From: Candidatus Levyibacteriota bacterium
GTDB taxonomy: Bacteria; Patescibacteriota; Microgenomatia; Levybacterales; UBA12049
NCBI GenBank assembly: GCA_052034235.1
Contig: JBPOIT010000005.1
Location: 113,698 to 177,697 of the forward strand
Direction of reading: 5' to 3'
DNA length: 64,000 nucleotides
Shown here: piece after piece, positions 1 through 9,128 of the stretch
Numbering within the stretch: the first letter of the stretch is position 1
Layout of the letters: each line of letters begins with the position of its first letter
Notes under the pieces: generated by a model
Seen by the model: the letters and a program-made list of their open reading frames with translations, nothing else
What the model was told of the DNA's origin: nothing
Databases searched by the model: none
Translations under genes and position numbers: made by a program

Positions 1-1407
1 ATTATATGCATTTCTTCTTTCGTATTTGTTTTTAAGCTCTTCAATTTTATCAATCATCATATACAAGGAGCTTACTTTTGAAACATCCTGAAAATGCGTC
101 GCTTCAGCTTCTTTGTATATCTTTTCATAAATTTCTTTATAATTATGTGCATCAGCTGACAACCCCGCCAAATAAACATAATCTTCTTTTCCAAACATAG
201 TAGGTTTGTAATATGCAGCGATGAGGTAATCAAAATTAAGCACATTAACAAGTAAAAGGATTCCGAGTGTGTAGGTTATGATTTGTTTAACAAAGAGAAG
301 ATGTGCTGACTTACGATAATAATGATAAACAAAAGCTATCAATGCGCCGCTGAGCCATGTCATCGTCGTGTAACCCCATAAACGTTTTTGTGTAAAACCG
401 AAGAGGGAAGAATAATCATACACACTCTTAAATGCAACACCTATCAGAAAGAAAGCTTCAATAACGAGAAAATAAGTCAAACGAGTATTCCAAGCTTTAC
501 GACTTTTATCAAAATATGCGAGAAGAAATACGATAAATGCAACAATCGTAACCTGCGCAAAGACTTCATTGGTAAGACGGGAATTGGTATAGCCCATTCC
601 TAAAAGAGTTTCAGATGACGCAAAATAAAGCTGCATTTGTGTAATAAAGAAGATGATAAGCAGGCCAGCCATTGCAATTTTGGGGTAAAGATAATCAATC
701 GTAAACCATGATTTGAATATTTTGCTTTCTGGACGCTTTAGCGTTAATGTCAGTAATCTCGGAATAAAAAACGCCAGCCCAGCAAAAAGTACAAGGCGTA
801 AAAAATAAATTTCAATTGTTTCCCCAAACAGCAATTTGGATAGCCACTCAAAATTCAAAGTATGAAGTATATTCTGCACTAAGGCATTGAAAAAAGGATT
901 TGCGGAAGACAAAAGTGGAATCGTTATAAGGATAACTAACCCAGTTACGAGTGCGGTTGGGAAATACTTTTTAAAGTAGCTTGATGGATCATATTTTACC
1001 GGAATGCGAAATGAATATGGAAAAATAGTTTTTGCTAAAAGCGTATTCATAAATACACTAAAAGGCGAAAAGAGAATTCGAAAAACTCCATGCTCTTCAA
1101 GGATCGGACTTACTAGGAGTGATCCAAAAAATATAATAAAGACAAAATTTAAAAACTGAATAACATCATTTGCCCAAATAAGTGTACTAAGCGAAAGTAA
1201 TACAATTCCTCCATAGAGGATAAAATCAAGCCAGGATGTATCTTTACGAAGGAAATAGATAAGAGAACTTGTTGCTACAGCAAAGATAAAGAAAGCTACG
1301 AAAGGGAATCCGTTGAGTACTGGAAGTGCTAACCACGAGACAATCAAACTGATAATCAGCGAAAAGACAGGCATTCTAGGCATAAGCCTCGCGGCCAAAG
1401 ATTTCAT
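1..1407 (-). CDS. polytopic integral membrane protein, partial (C-terminus beyond window start)
   Basis: Hand translation of the reverse strand from ATG at 1407..1405 (MKSLAARLMPRMPVFSLIISLIVSWLALPVL...) runs without a stop to position 1. It has at least 8 hydrophobic segments. It is absent from the ORF track because no stop lies inside the window. The + strand ORF 388..603 lies inside it and is judged spurious. Confidence 0.45.
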   Translation of the reverse strand, partial: MKSLAARLMPRMPVFSLIISLIVSWLALPVLNGFPFVAFFIFAVATSSLIYFLRKDTSWLDFILYGGIVLLSLSTLIWANDVIQFLNFVFIIFFGSLLVSPILEEHGVFRILFSPFSVFMNTLLAKTIFPYSFRIPVKYDPSSYFKKYFPTALVTGLVILITIPLLSSANPFFNALVQNILHTLNFEWLSKLLFGETIEIYFLRLVLFAGLAFFIPRLLTLTLKRPESKIFKSWFTIDYLYPKIAMAGLLIIFFITQMQLYFASSETLLGMGYTNSRLTNEVFAQVTIVAFIVFLLAYFDKSRKAWNTRLTYFLVIEAFFLIGVAFKSVYDYSSLFGFTQKRLWGYTTMTWLSGALIAFVYHYYRKSAHLLFVKQIITYTLGILLLVNVLNFDYLIAAYYKPTMFGKEDYVYLAGLSADAHNYKEIYEKIYKEAEATHFQDVSKVSSLYMMIDKIEELKNKYERRNAYN

Positions 1408-1443
1408 AAACGCTCGGCAGTAATTATATCACGTTGATGCAAA

Positions 1444-2709
1444 TTGTTCAGAAATATAAATAGAGAAAAAAAGCACTTATTACAGATATATACCAGATGC
1501 TATAATACAAACATGATAAAACATCGGATTGCGTTTAATCCTGTGGTTGATTGGCGGTTTGATTTACTCAAGGCTGACGGTGCTTTTCTGTGGGATACGA
1601 ATGGTAAAGAATATATTGATTTTACAAGTGGATGGAACACTACTAATCTCGGTTGGAATAACAAGGAAATAAATGAAGCTGTTGCAGTTCAGGCAAAGAA
1701 GAACGTCTATGCACCAATGTGGACAGCAGACGAAATTCAAATCACCTACGCAGAAGCATTGACGAATGCATTCCCTGCAGAACTTGATGTCATTTGTCGA
1801 GCGACAGGAGGAACTGAAGCCAATGAAATGGCAATGAAAATCGCCCGTGCTGTGACAGGAAGACAAGAAATTATCAGTTTTCAAAACACCTATCATGGAC
1901 AATCATTCGGCACACTTTCACTAGGTTATAATCCTGATTATGTTAAGAAAATCGCACCATTACTTCCAAAAATAAACCCAATCCACTATCCACAGAATAA
2001 TTTGGATGCATTTTTAGATGACCTTGAAACAAAGCTTAAATCAGAAAACATAGCAGCGGTTTTTACAGAAGCCGGAATGATTACAGGATGGGGCTCGATG
2101 CTAATTGCTCCTATAGGATATCTCAAGGGCGTAAGAAAACTAACAGAAAAATACGGTACGTTGTTAATTGTTGATGAAGTAGGTACTGGCTTTAGCAGAA
2201 CCGGAAAACTCTTCGCTATTGAGCATGAAAACGTTATTCCGGACATCGTAACACTAGCAAAAGGGATTTCAAACGGTGCAGGTGCAATAGGAGCAACCAT
2301 AACCAAATCCAAATTGTTAGAACCAAACCAAAATTTGCCGAAGTTAACCTCAACTTTTGGCTGGACTCCTCTTGCCTGTGCTGCTGCTTTAAAAACGCTT
2401 GAGATTCATCAAAGAGATTCTGTTTGGGAACAATCTGCAAAGAAAGGAGAACTCGTTAAAACACTCCTTAAAAAAGCTCAAAACGAAGGAGCTAACATCA
2501 AAAATATTCGGGGACAAGGCCTTGAGATTGCTTTTGATAGTGAAGTCAGTTATGACAAGATTATTCAAACCGCTGCAGAAAAAGGTGTCCATATCGCCAA
2601 CGCAGGCGAATGCATCCAACTCATGCCCCCACTCACAACTTCAAATGAAATTCTCATTGAGGGAGTTACGACACTTACTACTGTTATTACAAACTTACAA
2701 AGCAATTGA
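1444..2709 (+). CDS. class-III pyridoxal-phosphate-dependent aminotransferase (acetylornithine/GABA aminotransferase family)
   Basis: GGTEANEMAMKIAR, YHGQSFGTLSLG, LIVDEVGTGFSRTGKLFA and a TLAKGISNG PLP-lysine motif. The real start is probably the downstream Met MIKHRIAF (about 1513). Confidence 0.85.
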   Translation: MFRNINREKKHLLQIYTRCYNTNMIKHRIAFNPVVDWRFDLLKADGAFLWDTNGKEYIDFTSGWNTTNLGWNNKEINEAVAVQAKKNVYAPMWTADEIQITYAEALTNAFPAELDVICRATGGTEANEMAMKIARAVTGRQEIISFQNTYHGQSFGTLSLGYNPDYVKKIAPLLPKINPIHYPQNNLDAFLDDLETKLKSENIAAVFTEAGMITGWGSMLIAPIGYLKGVRKLTEKYGTLLIVDEVGTGFSRTGKLFAIEHENVIPDIVTLAKGISNGAGAIGATITKSKLLEPNQNLPKLTSTFGWTPLACAAALKTLEIHQRDSVWEQSAKKGELVKTLLKKAQNEGANIKNIRGQGLEIAFDSEVSYDKIIQTAAEKGVHIANAGECIQLMPPLTTSNEILIEGVTTLTTVITNLQSN

Positions 2710-2817
2710 AAATTGTTATAAAGGCCTCGTAATTATTCTAATGTTCGTTTCCTTTGCCCTTAACTCACTAATCACTGGTGATTCAGCAAGCTCATGTATA
2801 GTTTATAATGTACTTAT

Positions 2818-3378
2818 ATGAAATCAGTTGCAATTTTATATGGATTGGCTGAAGGGCCTCGGGTGAGTAAGCGGCTTACTGAGCTGCTTCGAAAGCATGA
2901 TTTTAGTATTACTACCGATGTACAGAACGCTGATGTTATTATTGCTCATTCGGGAGGTGTGTATTTTGTTCCAAAAAAATCAAAAGCGAAAACAGTGCTT
3001 CTTGTAGGCGCAAGTATGGGATTTGAAGGATCACTCCTTTTGCTGCAAAGCCGAAAAATAAAGATCGACTTTCTCTACTGTTTAAAAACAAACCACTATC
3101 ACTATTGGTTTTATAAGTCATTTTGGAATGCGATCTATTTACTTACCAAACAACAGTACAATTGGGCAATGCATAAACATGCACTCGTTAATAAAACGCT
3201 CTTGCCAGAAATTCTTGTGCCAAAAGTCTTTGTGATTACCTATGATGATGATCCCTGGTCTGGAAATATAAAAAAGACAGAAATGCAGAAATTTCCTCAT
3301 TATACGTATATCAGGAAAGTCGGAGTTCATGATGATTTGTGGATTAATCCTGAAAAATATTTAGAGTACTTAGTGTAG
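2818..3378 (+). CDS. hypothetical protein, possible alpha/beta-hydrolase-like (AHSGG nucleophile-elbow-like motif)
   Basis: ORF with good local coding context. It carries a small-x-Ser-x-small motif (IIAHSGGV). No confident family assignment. Confidence 0.4.
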   Translation: MKSVAILYGLAEGPRVSKRLTELLRKHDFSITTDVQNADVIIAHSGGVYFVPKKSKAKTVLLVGASMGFEGSLLLLQSRKIKIDFLYCLKTNHYHYWFYKSFWNAIYLLTKQQYNWAMHKHALVNKTLLPEILVPKVFVITYDDDPWSGNIKKTEMQKFPHYTYIRKVGVHDDLWINPEKYLEYLV

Positions 3379-3383
3379 TTTTT

Positions 3384-5345
3384 TTAGTTTACATCCTCGG
3401 ATTCAACCTCTGAAGAACTTTCTTCTTGATAACTATCTTCAGCTGGCGTGTACTCTTCGGGTGCTGAATGTGTATCTTCGTAAGAATCTGCTGGATCAGA
3501 CGTATTTTCATCATACATAATTTCACTTTGCTGGTCTGATTCCTCTCCACCTACTTCATAGTTACCACTATCTCCTTCTTGCTCTGGTTCAGGTGTCATT
3601 TCAATATACATCTGCATATCGTCATATTCAGGTTCGTCATAATCTTGAGATTGAACCGTTCCAATCTTTTCGGCAATCGTATAACTCTCATCAAGTGCTT
3701 TGTCTATTTGACTTGAAAGCTCGGCATGTTTACTGTCACAATCGTCGCCTCCCATTTCCAAACATGCGATATAAACAGCTTCGTTCATTTCCCTAGCATA
3801 CATTTCATTTTCATCTGCCCTCTTTTTCATGCTTTCTTCATCAAGGCCATCAAATCCTACAGCTTTCATCATTGCAAGTCCAAATGCAGCCCATACCTGT
3901 TCCTTAATAATTTCTTCCTCATCAATCGTTGTTCCTTCTCCATAATCTTCAGGTGAAGTTTTTGGTTCTTCTGGCGGCGCTGGGGGCGTCTCTCCATTAC
4001 CATTTCCCTCTGACCCTTCAATGCGATCTAACAATCGTTTTTCCAATTTTTGAGCAGTTGCTCCTTCAATACCAAATGCTTGAAGTTTTTGTAATTCTAA
4101 GGCAGCTTCAATATCAGTTGAATTTGGATCTTCCGCAACTTTTTTAGCTTCTTCTTCAGCAATTTTTCGAGCTTGTCCCATCAATGCTTCATCGAGCTGA
4201 GATTCTTCATCAATACCCAGGAATTGGAGATCCTGAAGTGCAGTAATTGTGTCTTTTAATGAAGCATTCTTGTCATTTAAAACTCTCTCAGCAGCTTGTG
4301 CCACGAGGTTTTTGGCTTTGACCATACAGTTTTCGCCTATTGCATCATGCCCCATAAATTGAGCTGTTTTTGCATAAGCAACATACTGTTCAACTGAGAG
4401 ATTATCTGATTTACAGGCAGTTATAAAGAATCCTTCAGTTGATTCGATCGCATGTGCAGTTCCGATAAATGAAATTTTAGAATCGTTTAACAATTTCTGA
4501 GCAACAAGTGCTGCATAAATTTCTGAAACTGGAGGGTTTTTCTTGGAAAGTATTTTAGCTGCTGCTCCTTCTGCTTTTGCTCTCATTTCTTTTGACAATT
4601 TTTCTTTGTTACTTAAAAGAGCATTTGTTGCTTCCAAAATACTGATCGAGTTTATTTTTTCTTTACTAAACGCATGTTTGGCCCATGCAATTTGTTTATC
4701 CGTTTCAGTTGTAAAGACATATCCACCTCCACCTAGGACACGAGCACGAAGCTGAATACTTGTTTCAAGCTCTCTCGCTACTAAAACCGGAATAAGTTCC
4801 GTTGCGTCTTTATCGAGCGTCAAAACCTGAGATGTTCCAGAATATCGAATAGTTTTATCCTTTTGATTTTTTGGTGCATCAGTTCTAAATTGACTTTCTG
4901 AAAGATCAAAAAGAAGGGTGACTGGATGATTAAAAGTAACTGAAGCTGGACTAATAATTACACCTGCACTTGGATCAGTTGTCTTATTGTTGTAATAATA
5001 TGGAATCATATCAACCGTTTGTTTCTTTGCGATTGCACCTTTAGGAACAATAAGTGAAATTTTCACTTTTTCTCTCGTGGTAACCTGCATAACCGTGTCT
5101 TTAGCAGGATCAATTGTTAACCGTCTCGCACGCGCCATATCAGGACTAGGTTTGGTAATCGCAATTTTCTCTACAAAAGGATTAACCGCCTGGAGTGTTT
5201 TAGATTTTGAAAGGAGGAAAAAACCCGTTCCAGCTAGAATCAAAATGCCAATTACTATGAAAAGTATCTTGAGGTTAGAAAAGCCTTTACGAAGCTTTTT
5301 AGGTGAAACTTTTCTCTTAACAACTCGTTTTGTTTTTTTAACCAT
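3384..5345 (-). CDS. large membrane-anchored hypothetical protein with highly acidic C-terminal tail
   Basis: 653 aa. Basic N-terminus (KRVVKRKVSPKKLRK) followed by one TM helix. The last ~150 aa are Asp/Glu/Ser/Tyr-rich (EPEYDDMQMYIEMTPEPEQEGDSG...). No recognisable catalytic motif. Confidence 0.55.
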   Translation of the reverse strand: MVKKTKRVVKRKVSPKKLRKGFSNLKILFIVIGILILAGTGFFLLSKSKTLQAVNPFVEKIAITKPSPDMARARRLTIDPAKDTVMQVTTREKVKISLIVPKGAIAKKQTVDMIPYYYNNKTTDPSAGVIISPASVTFNHPVTLLFDLSESQFRTDAPKNQKDKTIRYSGTSQVLTLDKDATELIPVLVARELETSIQLRARVLGGGGYVFTTETDKQIAWAKHAFSKEKINSISILEATNALLSNKEKLSKEMRAKAEGAAAKILSKKNPPVSEIYAALVAQKLLNDSKISFIGTAHAIESTEGFFITACKSDNLSVEQYVAYAKTAQFMGHDAIGENCMVKAKNLVAQAAERVLNDKNASLKDTITALQDLQFLGIDEESQLDEALMGQARKIAEEEAKKVAEDPNSTDIEAALELQKLQAFGIEGATAQKLEKRLLDRIEGSEGNGNGETPPAPPEEPKTSPEDYGEGTTIDEEEIIKEQVWAAFGLAMMKAVGFDGLDEESMKKRADENEMYAREMNEAVYIACLEMGGDDCDSKHAELSSQIDKALDESYTIAEKIGTVQSQDYDEPEYDDMQMYIEMTPEPEQEGDSGNYEVGGEESDQQSEIMYDENTSDPADSYEDTHSAPEEYTPAEDSYQEESSSEVESEDVN

Positions 5346-5481
5346 AAAATTTATTGTTCAGATTAATCAAATCAATATACGAGTTTATTGTCAAGTAGAA
5401 TTATAGATATGTCGAATATGCTTATATGAATAAATTTTCACTTATGCTTATAAGTATCGTCTGCTATAATGAGCTTACATT

Positions 5482-6651
5482 TTGCTAATGAGTACATCCA
5501 AAAGGACATTTTCGTTCGAACAACTATTGGAGGCACTAAAACGCGAGGTTTATTTTCCAAATTACACAATTAAAGGTTATATCTTCAGATATACCTCCGC
5601 GCTGCTTATTACCTCATCCCTCTTTCTTCTCAGCGTGCTCTTTAAATCTGAATCCCTGTCATCACTACTCCTCGTGCTCGCAATCGTTTCAACGGCTTGG
5701 ATCGGAGGACTTGGTTCTGCACTTTTTTCTGCTTTGTTATCCATTGGCTTTCTGTATGTTTTGTTCTTTTTTCCTATAAATCCATCAATAACCTTTTTTC
5801 TTGAATCAATAATTTTACTCATGACAGCAACGATTGCCGGTATGAGTATTTTCTATTCCAAAAAAATTGACCAGCTAGCAAGATTTCATCTAAAAGAAAA
5901 AGAATTTGAAAAAACTGTTGCCGCAATGCAGGAAGAAAATCTTAAACTTAAAACAGAAATCAGATCTCGTGATGAATTTCTCTCAATTGCATCACACGAA
6001 TTAAAAACTCCTTTGACAGCAACACTTCTCAAACTGCAAATTGCACTGCATAATATCCGTAATACATCACTTGCTAATTTTTCAGTCCAAAACTTAATGG
6101 ACATGCTTTTGAGCTCTGAACAACAAACACAAAGGCTTTCTAAAATGATTGGTGATTTATTAAACGTTTCTCTCATGAGAACAGGCCGGATGGAACTTGA
6201 TATTGAAAAAGCAGACCTCACTATCATTACAAAAGATGTGATAGAAGGATTGATTGAAAAAGCGACACGCGAAGATATCGATATTCGGCTCAATTCAAAT
6301 GGTGAAGTGAGCGGCAAATTTGACAAAATGCGCATCGAACAAGTACTTATCAATCTTTTAACAAACGCTATGAAATACGGCGGTAAAAAGCCAATTGATG
6401 TGAAAGTTGAACAAGAAAATAATATCGGAAAAGTAAGCGTGACTGATTATGGAATTGGTATACCAGCCAAACAAAAAGAAAAAATATTTGAACTTTTTGA
6501 ACGCGGCGTGCACGACGGACAAAGAAATGGTTTAGGAGTTGGATTATATATAACGAACCAAATAGTGAAAGCCCACAAAGGCAAATTGCATTTGGACAGC
6601 AAAGAAGGAAAAGGCTCTACGTTTTGTTTGGAACTGCCTCTAAACTCATAA
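5482..6651 (+). CDS. sensor histidine kinase (membrane, HisKA + HATPase_c)
   Basis: N-terminal TM segments. H-box SIASHELKTPLTA. N/G boxes: NLLTNAMKYGG, VTDYGIGIPAKQKEKIFELFERG, GLGVGLYITNQIV. No response regulator adjacent, so it looks like an orphan kinase. Confidence 0.85.
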   Translation: MLMSTSKRTFSFEQLLEALKREVYFPNYTIKGYIFRYTSALLITSSLFLLSVLFKSESLSSLLLVLAIVSTAWIGGLGSALFSALLSIGFLYVLFFFPINPSITFFLESIILLMTATIAGMSIFYSKKIDQLARFHLKEKEFEKTVAAMQEENLKLKTEIRSRDEFLSIASHELKTPLTATLLKLQIALHNIRNTSLANFSVQNLMDMLLSSEQQTQRLSKMIGDLLNVSLMRTGRMELDIEKADLTIITKDVIEGLIEKATREDIDIRLNSNGEVSGKFDKMRIEQVLINLLTNAMKYGGKKPIDVKVEQENNIGKVSVTDYGIGIPAKQKEKIFELFERGVHDGQRNGLGVGLYITNQIVKAHKGKLHLDSKEGKGSTFCLELPLNS

Positions 6652-6670
6652 AATATCGTATAATAAAACT

Positions 6671-7060
6671 ATGAAACCACTATACACATTAAACGGAATT
6701 GTTCAGCATGGGAATAAGCGCGGTAAGGAGATGGGATTCCCAACAATTAATCTACAAACAGAACTCAATAGTACTGATGGACTTTATCTATCACAAACGC
6801 TGGTGCAAAATACCTGGTATAACTCACTCACTTTTATCGGTGTTGCTAAAACGTTTAATGCAAAAGATTACCTGGCTGAAACTTTTATTTTAGATTTCAA
6901 TAAAGACATATATGGTGAATCAGTTACTGTTACGATATTGAAAAAGCTCAGAGGCAATGTGAAATTCGCATCGGTGCCAGAACTTGTTGAGCAAATGAAA
7001 CTTGACGAAAAAGCTGCACGGGAATTTTTCTTATCTTTTTCTCATAAAACACAGGTATAA
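6671..7060 (+). CDS. riboflavin kinase (monofunctional flavokinase domain)
   Basis: GNKRGKEMGFPTINL (GxGRG...PTAN-type flavokinase motif), GLYLS, and an E..LDF motif. 129 aa, so no FAD synthetase domain. Confidence 0.75.
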   Translation: MKPLYTLNGIVQHGNKRGKEMGFPTINLQTELNSTDGLYLSQTLVQNTWYNSLTFIGVAKTFNAKDYLAETFILDFNKDIYGESVTVTILKKLRGNVKFASVPELVEQMKLDEKAAREFFLSFSHKTQV

Positions 7061-7069
7061 TGCTTCAGT

Positions 7070-7741
7070 ATGTTTCCACTTTACGATACTATACGACCAT
7101 CAAAATTTCCCTTTCTTAACTGGCTGATTGTTATCATAACAGTTTATGGTTTTTATCTTCAATTAACGACCACTGACCCGGAAGCGTTTATCACCCAATT
7201 TGCACTCATTCCCTCACTTGTTGATTTTTCAAACCCTATAACGCTTGTTCCATTTATAACCGCCATTTTCCTTCACGGCGGACTTTTGCATATCATTTCA
7301 AACATGTGGTTTCTCATTGTATTCGGAGACAATGTCAACGATTCACTCGGCTACATAGGGTTTATCCTTCTTTATTTCGCAGCGGGAATCGTTGGTAATT
7401 TTGTACAATTTATGTTTACTCCAGAATCAAGCATACCTATGCTCGGAGCATCTGGTGCTGTTGCGGGCATTTTGGGATGTTATTATGTGCTTTTTCCGCA
7501 CGCAAAAATTAAGACCCTCGTTTTTATATTCTTTTTCGTTACACTCATAGAGATCAGCGCTCCGTTGATGCTTGGTTATTGGTTTGTCCTCCAAATCTTT
7601 TCAGGAGCCGCATCAATTCCTATGCTCGGTGCAGAAGAAGGAGGCGTAGCATTTTTTGCCCATATTGCTGGTTTTGTGGTTGGATTAGTCTTTGGATATT
7701 TATACAAAAATAAAGCTCGCACTGGTGATTATTATGAATGA
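7070..7741 (+). CDS. rhomboid family intramembrane serine protease
   Basis: Six or more TM helices. Catalytic GASGAVAG (GxSG). Downstream AHIAGFVVGLV (His in the last TM helix). Confidence 0.85.
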   Translation: MFPLYDTIRPSKFPFLNWLIVIITVYGFYLQLTTTDPEAFITQFALIPSLVDFSNPITLVPFITAIFLHGGLLHIISNMWFLIVFGDNVNDSLGYIGFILLYFAAGIVGNFVQFMFTPESSIPMLGASGAVAGILGCYYVLFPHAKIKTLVFIFFFVTLIEISAPLMLGYWFVLQIFSGAASIPMLGAEEGGVAFFAHIAGFVVGLVFGYLYKNKARTGDYYE

Positions 7742-7949
7742 GAACCTAGGCAAAACAATAATTGTGATGGGAGTAATACTCATCATAGTCGGTGCATTAT
7801 TTATGCTTCTTGGCAAAGGCGGACTTCCCAAATTGCCTGGAGATATTTATATTAAAAAAGATAATTTTGTTTTCTTTTTTCCCTGGGTATCCTCTATTGT
7901 TATTAGCATCGTTCTCTCCATAGTATTCTATCTATTTTTCCGCAAATAA
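7734..7949 (+). CDS. DUF2905-family small membrane protein
   Basis: Start adjusted to MNENLGK inside ORF 7692..7949. Pattern IIVMGVILIIVGALFMLLGKGGLPKLPGDIYIKKDNFVFFFPWVSSIVISIVLSIVFYL is typical of DUF2905 (LPGD...F.FP). Confidence 0.6.
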   Translation: MNENLGKTIIVMGVILIIVGALFMLLGKGGLPKLPGDIYIKKDNFVFFFPWVSSIVISIVLSIVFYLFFRK

Positions 7950-7999
7950 TTCTGCCTAGTTCTCACATCTCTCTTACAATGGATGTGTATACTATTTGC

Positions 8000-8209
8000 A
8001 TGAACAAGAAGCTCGTCAGGCCACGAAAAGGAAGAATTATCGCAGGTGTTGCAAGAGGTATTTCCAATTATTTCGGCATTTCTGTTGTGCTTGTCAGAAT
8101 TATCTGGGTTCTCCTCTTCCTCCCCGGCGGAGCACCCGGCCTCATCCCTTACATCATCTTCTGGATTTTCATGCCATCAGAAGATAAAAATATAGAATCA
8201 GCTAAATAG
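8000..8209 (+). CDS. PspC-domain membrane protein
   Basis: Start adjusted to MNKKLVRPRKGR. The GRIIAGVARGISNYFGISVVLVRIIWVLL motif matches PspC-domain proteins (R..IAGVC.GLA.YFGID...VR). Confidence 0.7.
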   Translation: MNKKLVRPRKGRIIAGVARGISNYFGISVVLVRIIWVLLFLPGGAPGLIPYIIFWIFMPSEDKNIESAK

Positions 8210-8324
8210 CACATCAAAATCCCCTATAGTTTAGTACTTTAAAAAATTGATCAAAATTGCTATACTTAACACTTCCTAATTGAAAAAAGTTGTTATACTT
8301 GATACGCTTTTCATTAGTAAACAT

Positions 8325-8397
8325 GGTGGTTGTAGCTCAGTGGTAGAGCGTCAGTTTGTGGTACTGAAAGTCGCGGGTCCGATCCCCGTCAGCCACC
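8325..8397 (+). tRNA. tRNA-His (anticodon GTG) with genome-encoded G-1
   Basis: Cloverleaf folded by hand. G-1 plus acceptor GTGGTTG / CAGCCAC. D-arm GCTC..GAGC. Anticodon stem TCAGT / ACTGA with loop TTGTGGT (GTG at 8358..8360). T-arm GCGGG-TCCGATC-CCCGT. Discriminator C73 pairs with the extra 5' G, as is typical for tRNA-His. Confidence 0.85.
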
Positions 8398-8407
8398 CAT
8401 AGAAATA

Positions 8408-8437
8408 AAAAAGCTCCGAAAGGGGCTTTTTTTGTGG
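8408..8437. terminator. bidirectional intrinsic terminator (A-tract, GCTCC-GAAA-GGGGC hairpin, T-tract)
   Basis: AAAAAAGCTCCGAAAGGGGCTTTTTTT lies between the 3' end of tRNA-His (+) and the 3' end of the Fic gene (-). Confidence 0.6.
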
Positions 8438-8489
8438 GACGAAAAAGAATGAAAGGATATGTCATAAAACACGGAGCATAGCAATTATC

Positions 8490-9125
8490 TTATTCTTGAG
8501 ATAACTCTAAGGTTTCAGAGAGCGCTTGGCCTAATAATCGCTCCAAATGTGAATAATCCCCTTCATCAGCTTCTTGCATGGCTGTTAGATATTCATTTCT
8601 ATCTTCCTCTTTTTCTACTCGGAGTTCAATTGGCGGTAAATTAAGCTTTAGGAGAATAAAGATTGTGAGCATTCTTGCAGTTCGGCCATTGTAGTCTTGA
8701 AATGGATGGATAAATACATAGCGATGCTGAAACCATGCAAGCAACTTTACTATCTCGAGAATGAACTCATCATCATCTTTTTTAGGTAAACTTTTTAATC
8801 TCTCTTCTAAGTCATTAGATAAGTTCGTAATTAACACTGACACTTCGAAGTATGGAGGAGCTTCTTTATCGGAAAAAGTTACTTGAATTTTTCTATATTT
8901 TCCAGCCCATTGCGGAAAGATCCAACCAAACGACACATCATGAAGTATACAAATAAATTCAGGTGTAATACTCTCTTTATTCTCTGTAACTATTTTATAG
9001 ATGTATTCCAACCCTTTTTTCGTTCCTTCAATTTCAAATTGGAGTAGCTTTTCCCGCGGAATAATACCAAATGCTGTATCTTTATATGAAGTGGCACCAA
9101 TAGGCTTTGTTGATGACTGTTTCAT
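8490..9125 (-). CDS. Fic/Doc family protein (FicT-like toxin, adenylyl-/phospho-transferase fold)
   Basis: Canonical Fic motif HPFQDYNGRTARM (HxFx(D/E)GNGRxxR). 211 aa. Confidence 0.8.
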   Translation of the reverse strand: MKQSSTKPIGATSYKDTAFGIIPREKLLQFEIEGTKKGLEYIYKIVTENKESITPEFICILHDVSFGWIFPQWAGKYRKIQVTFSDKEAPPYFEVSVLITNLSNDLEERLKSLPKKDDDEFILEIVKLLAWFQHRYVFIHPFQDYNGRTARMLTIFILLKLNLPPIELRVEKEEDRNEYLTAMQEADEGDYSHLERLLGQALSETLELSQE

Positions 9126-9128
9126 TCA

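Noticed and set aside
388-603. + strand 71-aa ORF
   Set aside because: It lies entirely inside, and antisense to, a long uninterrupted reverse-strand membrane-protein reading frame (1..1407). No motif, and no RBS context.
1564-2619. Four minus-strand ORFs (1564..1902, 1986..2312, 2234..2440, 2389..2619) and + ORF 2399..2821
   Set aside because: All overlap the well-supported class-III aminotransferase gene on the opposite strand or in another frame. Low-complexity translations.
7996-8187. + strand 63-aa ORF (MHEQEARQATKRKNYRRCC...)
   Set aside because: Alternate frame inside the PspC-domain gene. Arg/Cys/His-rich nonsense translation.
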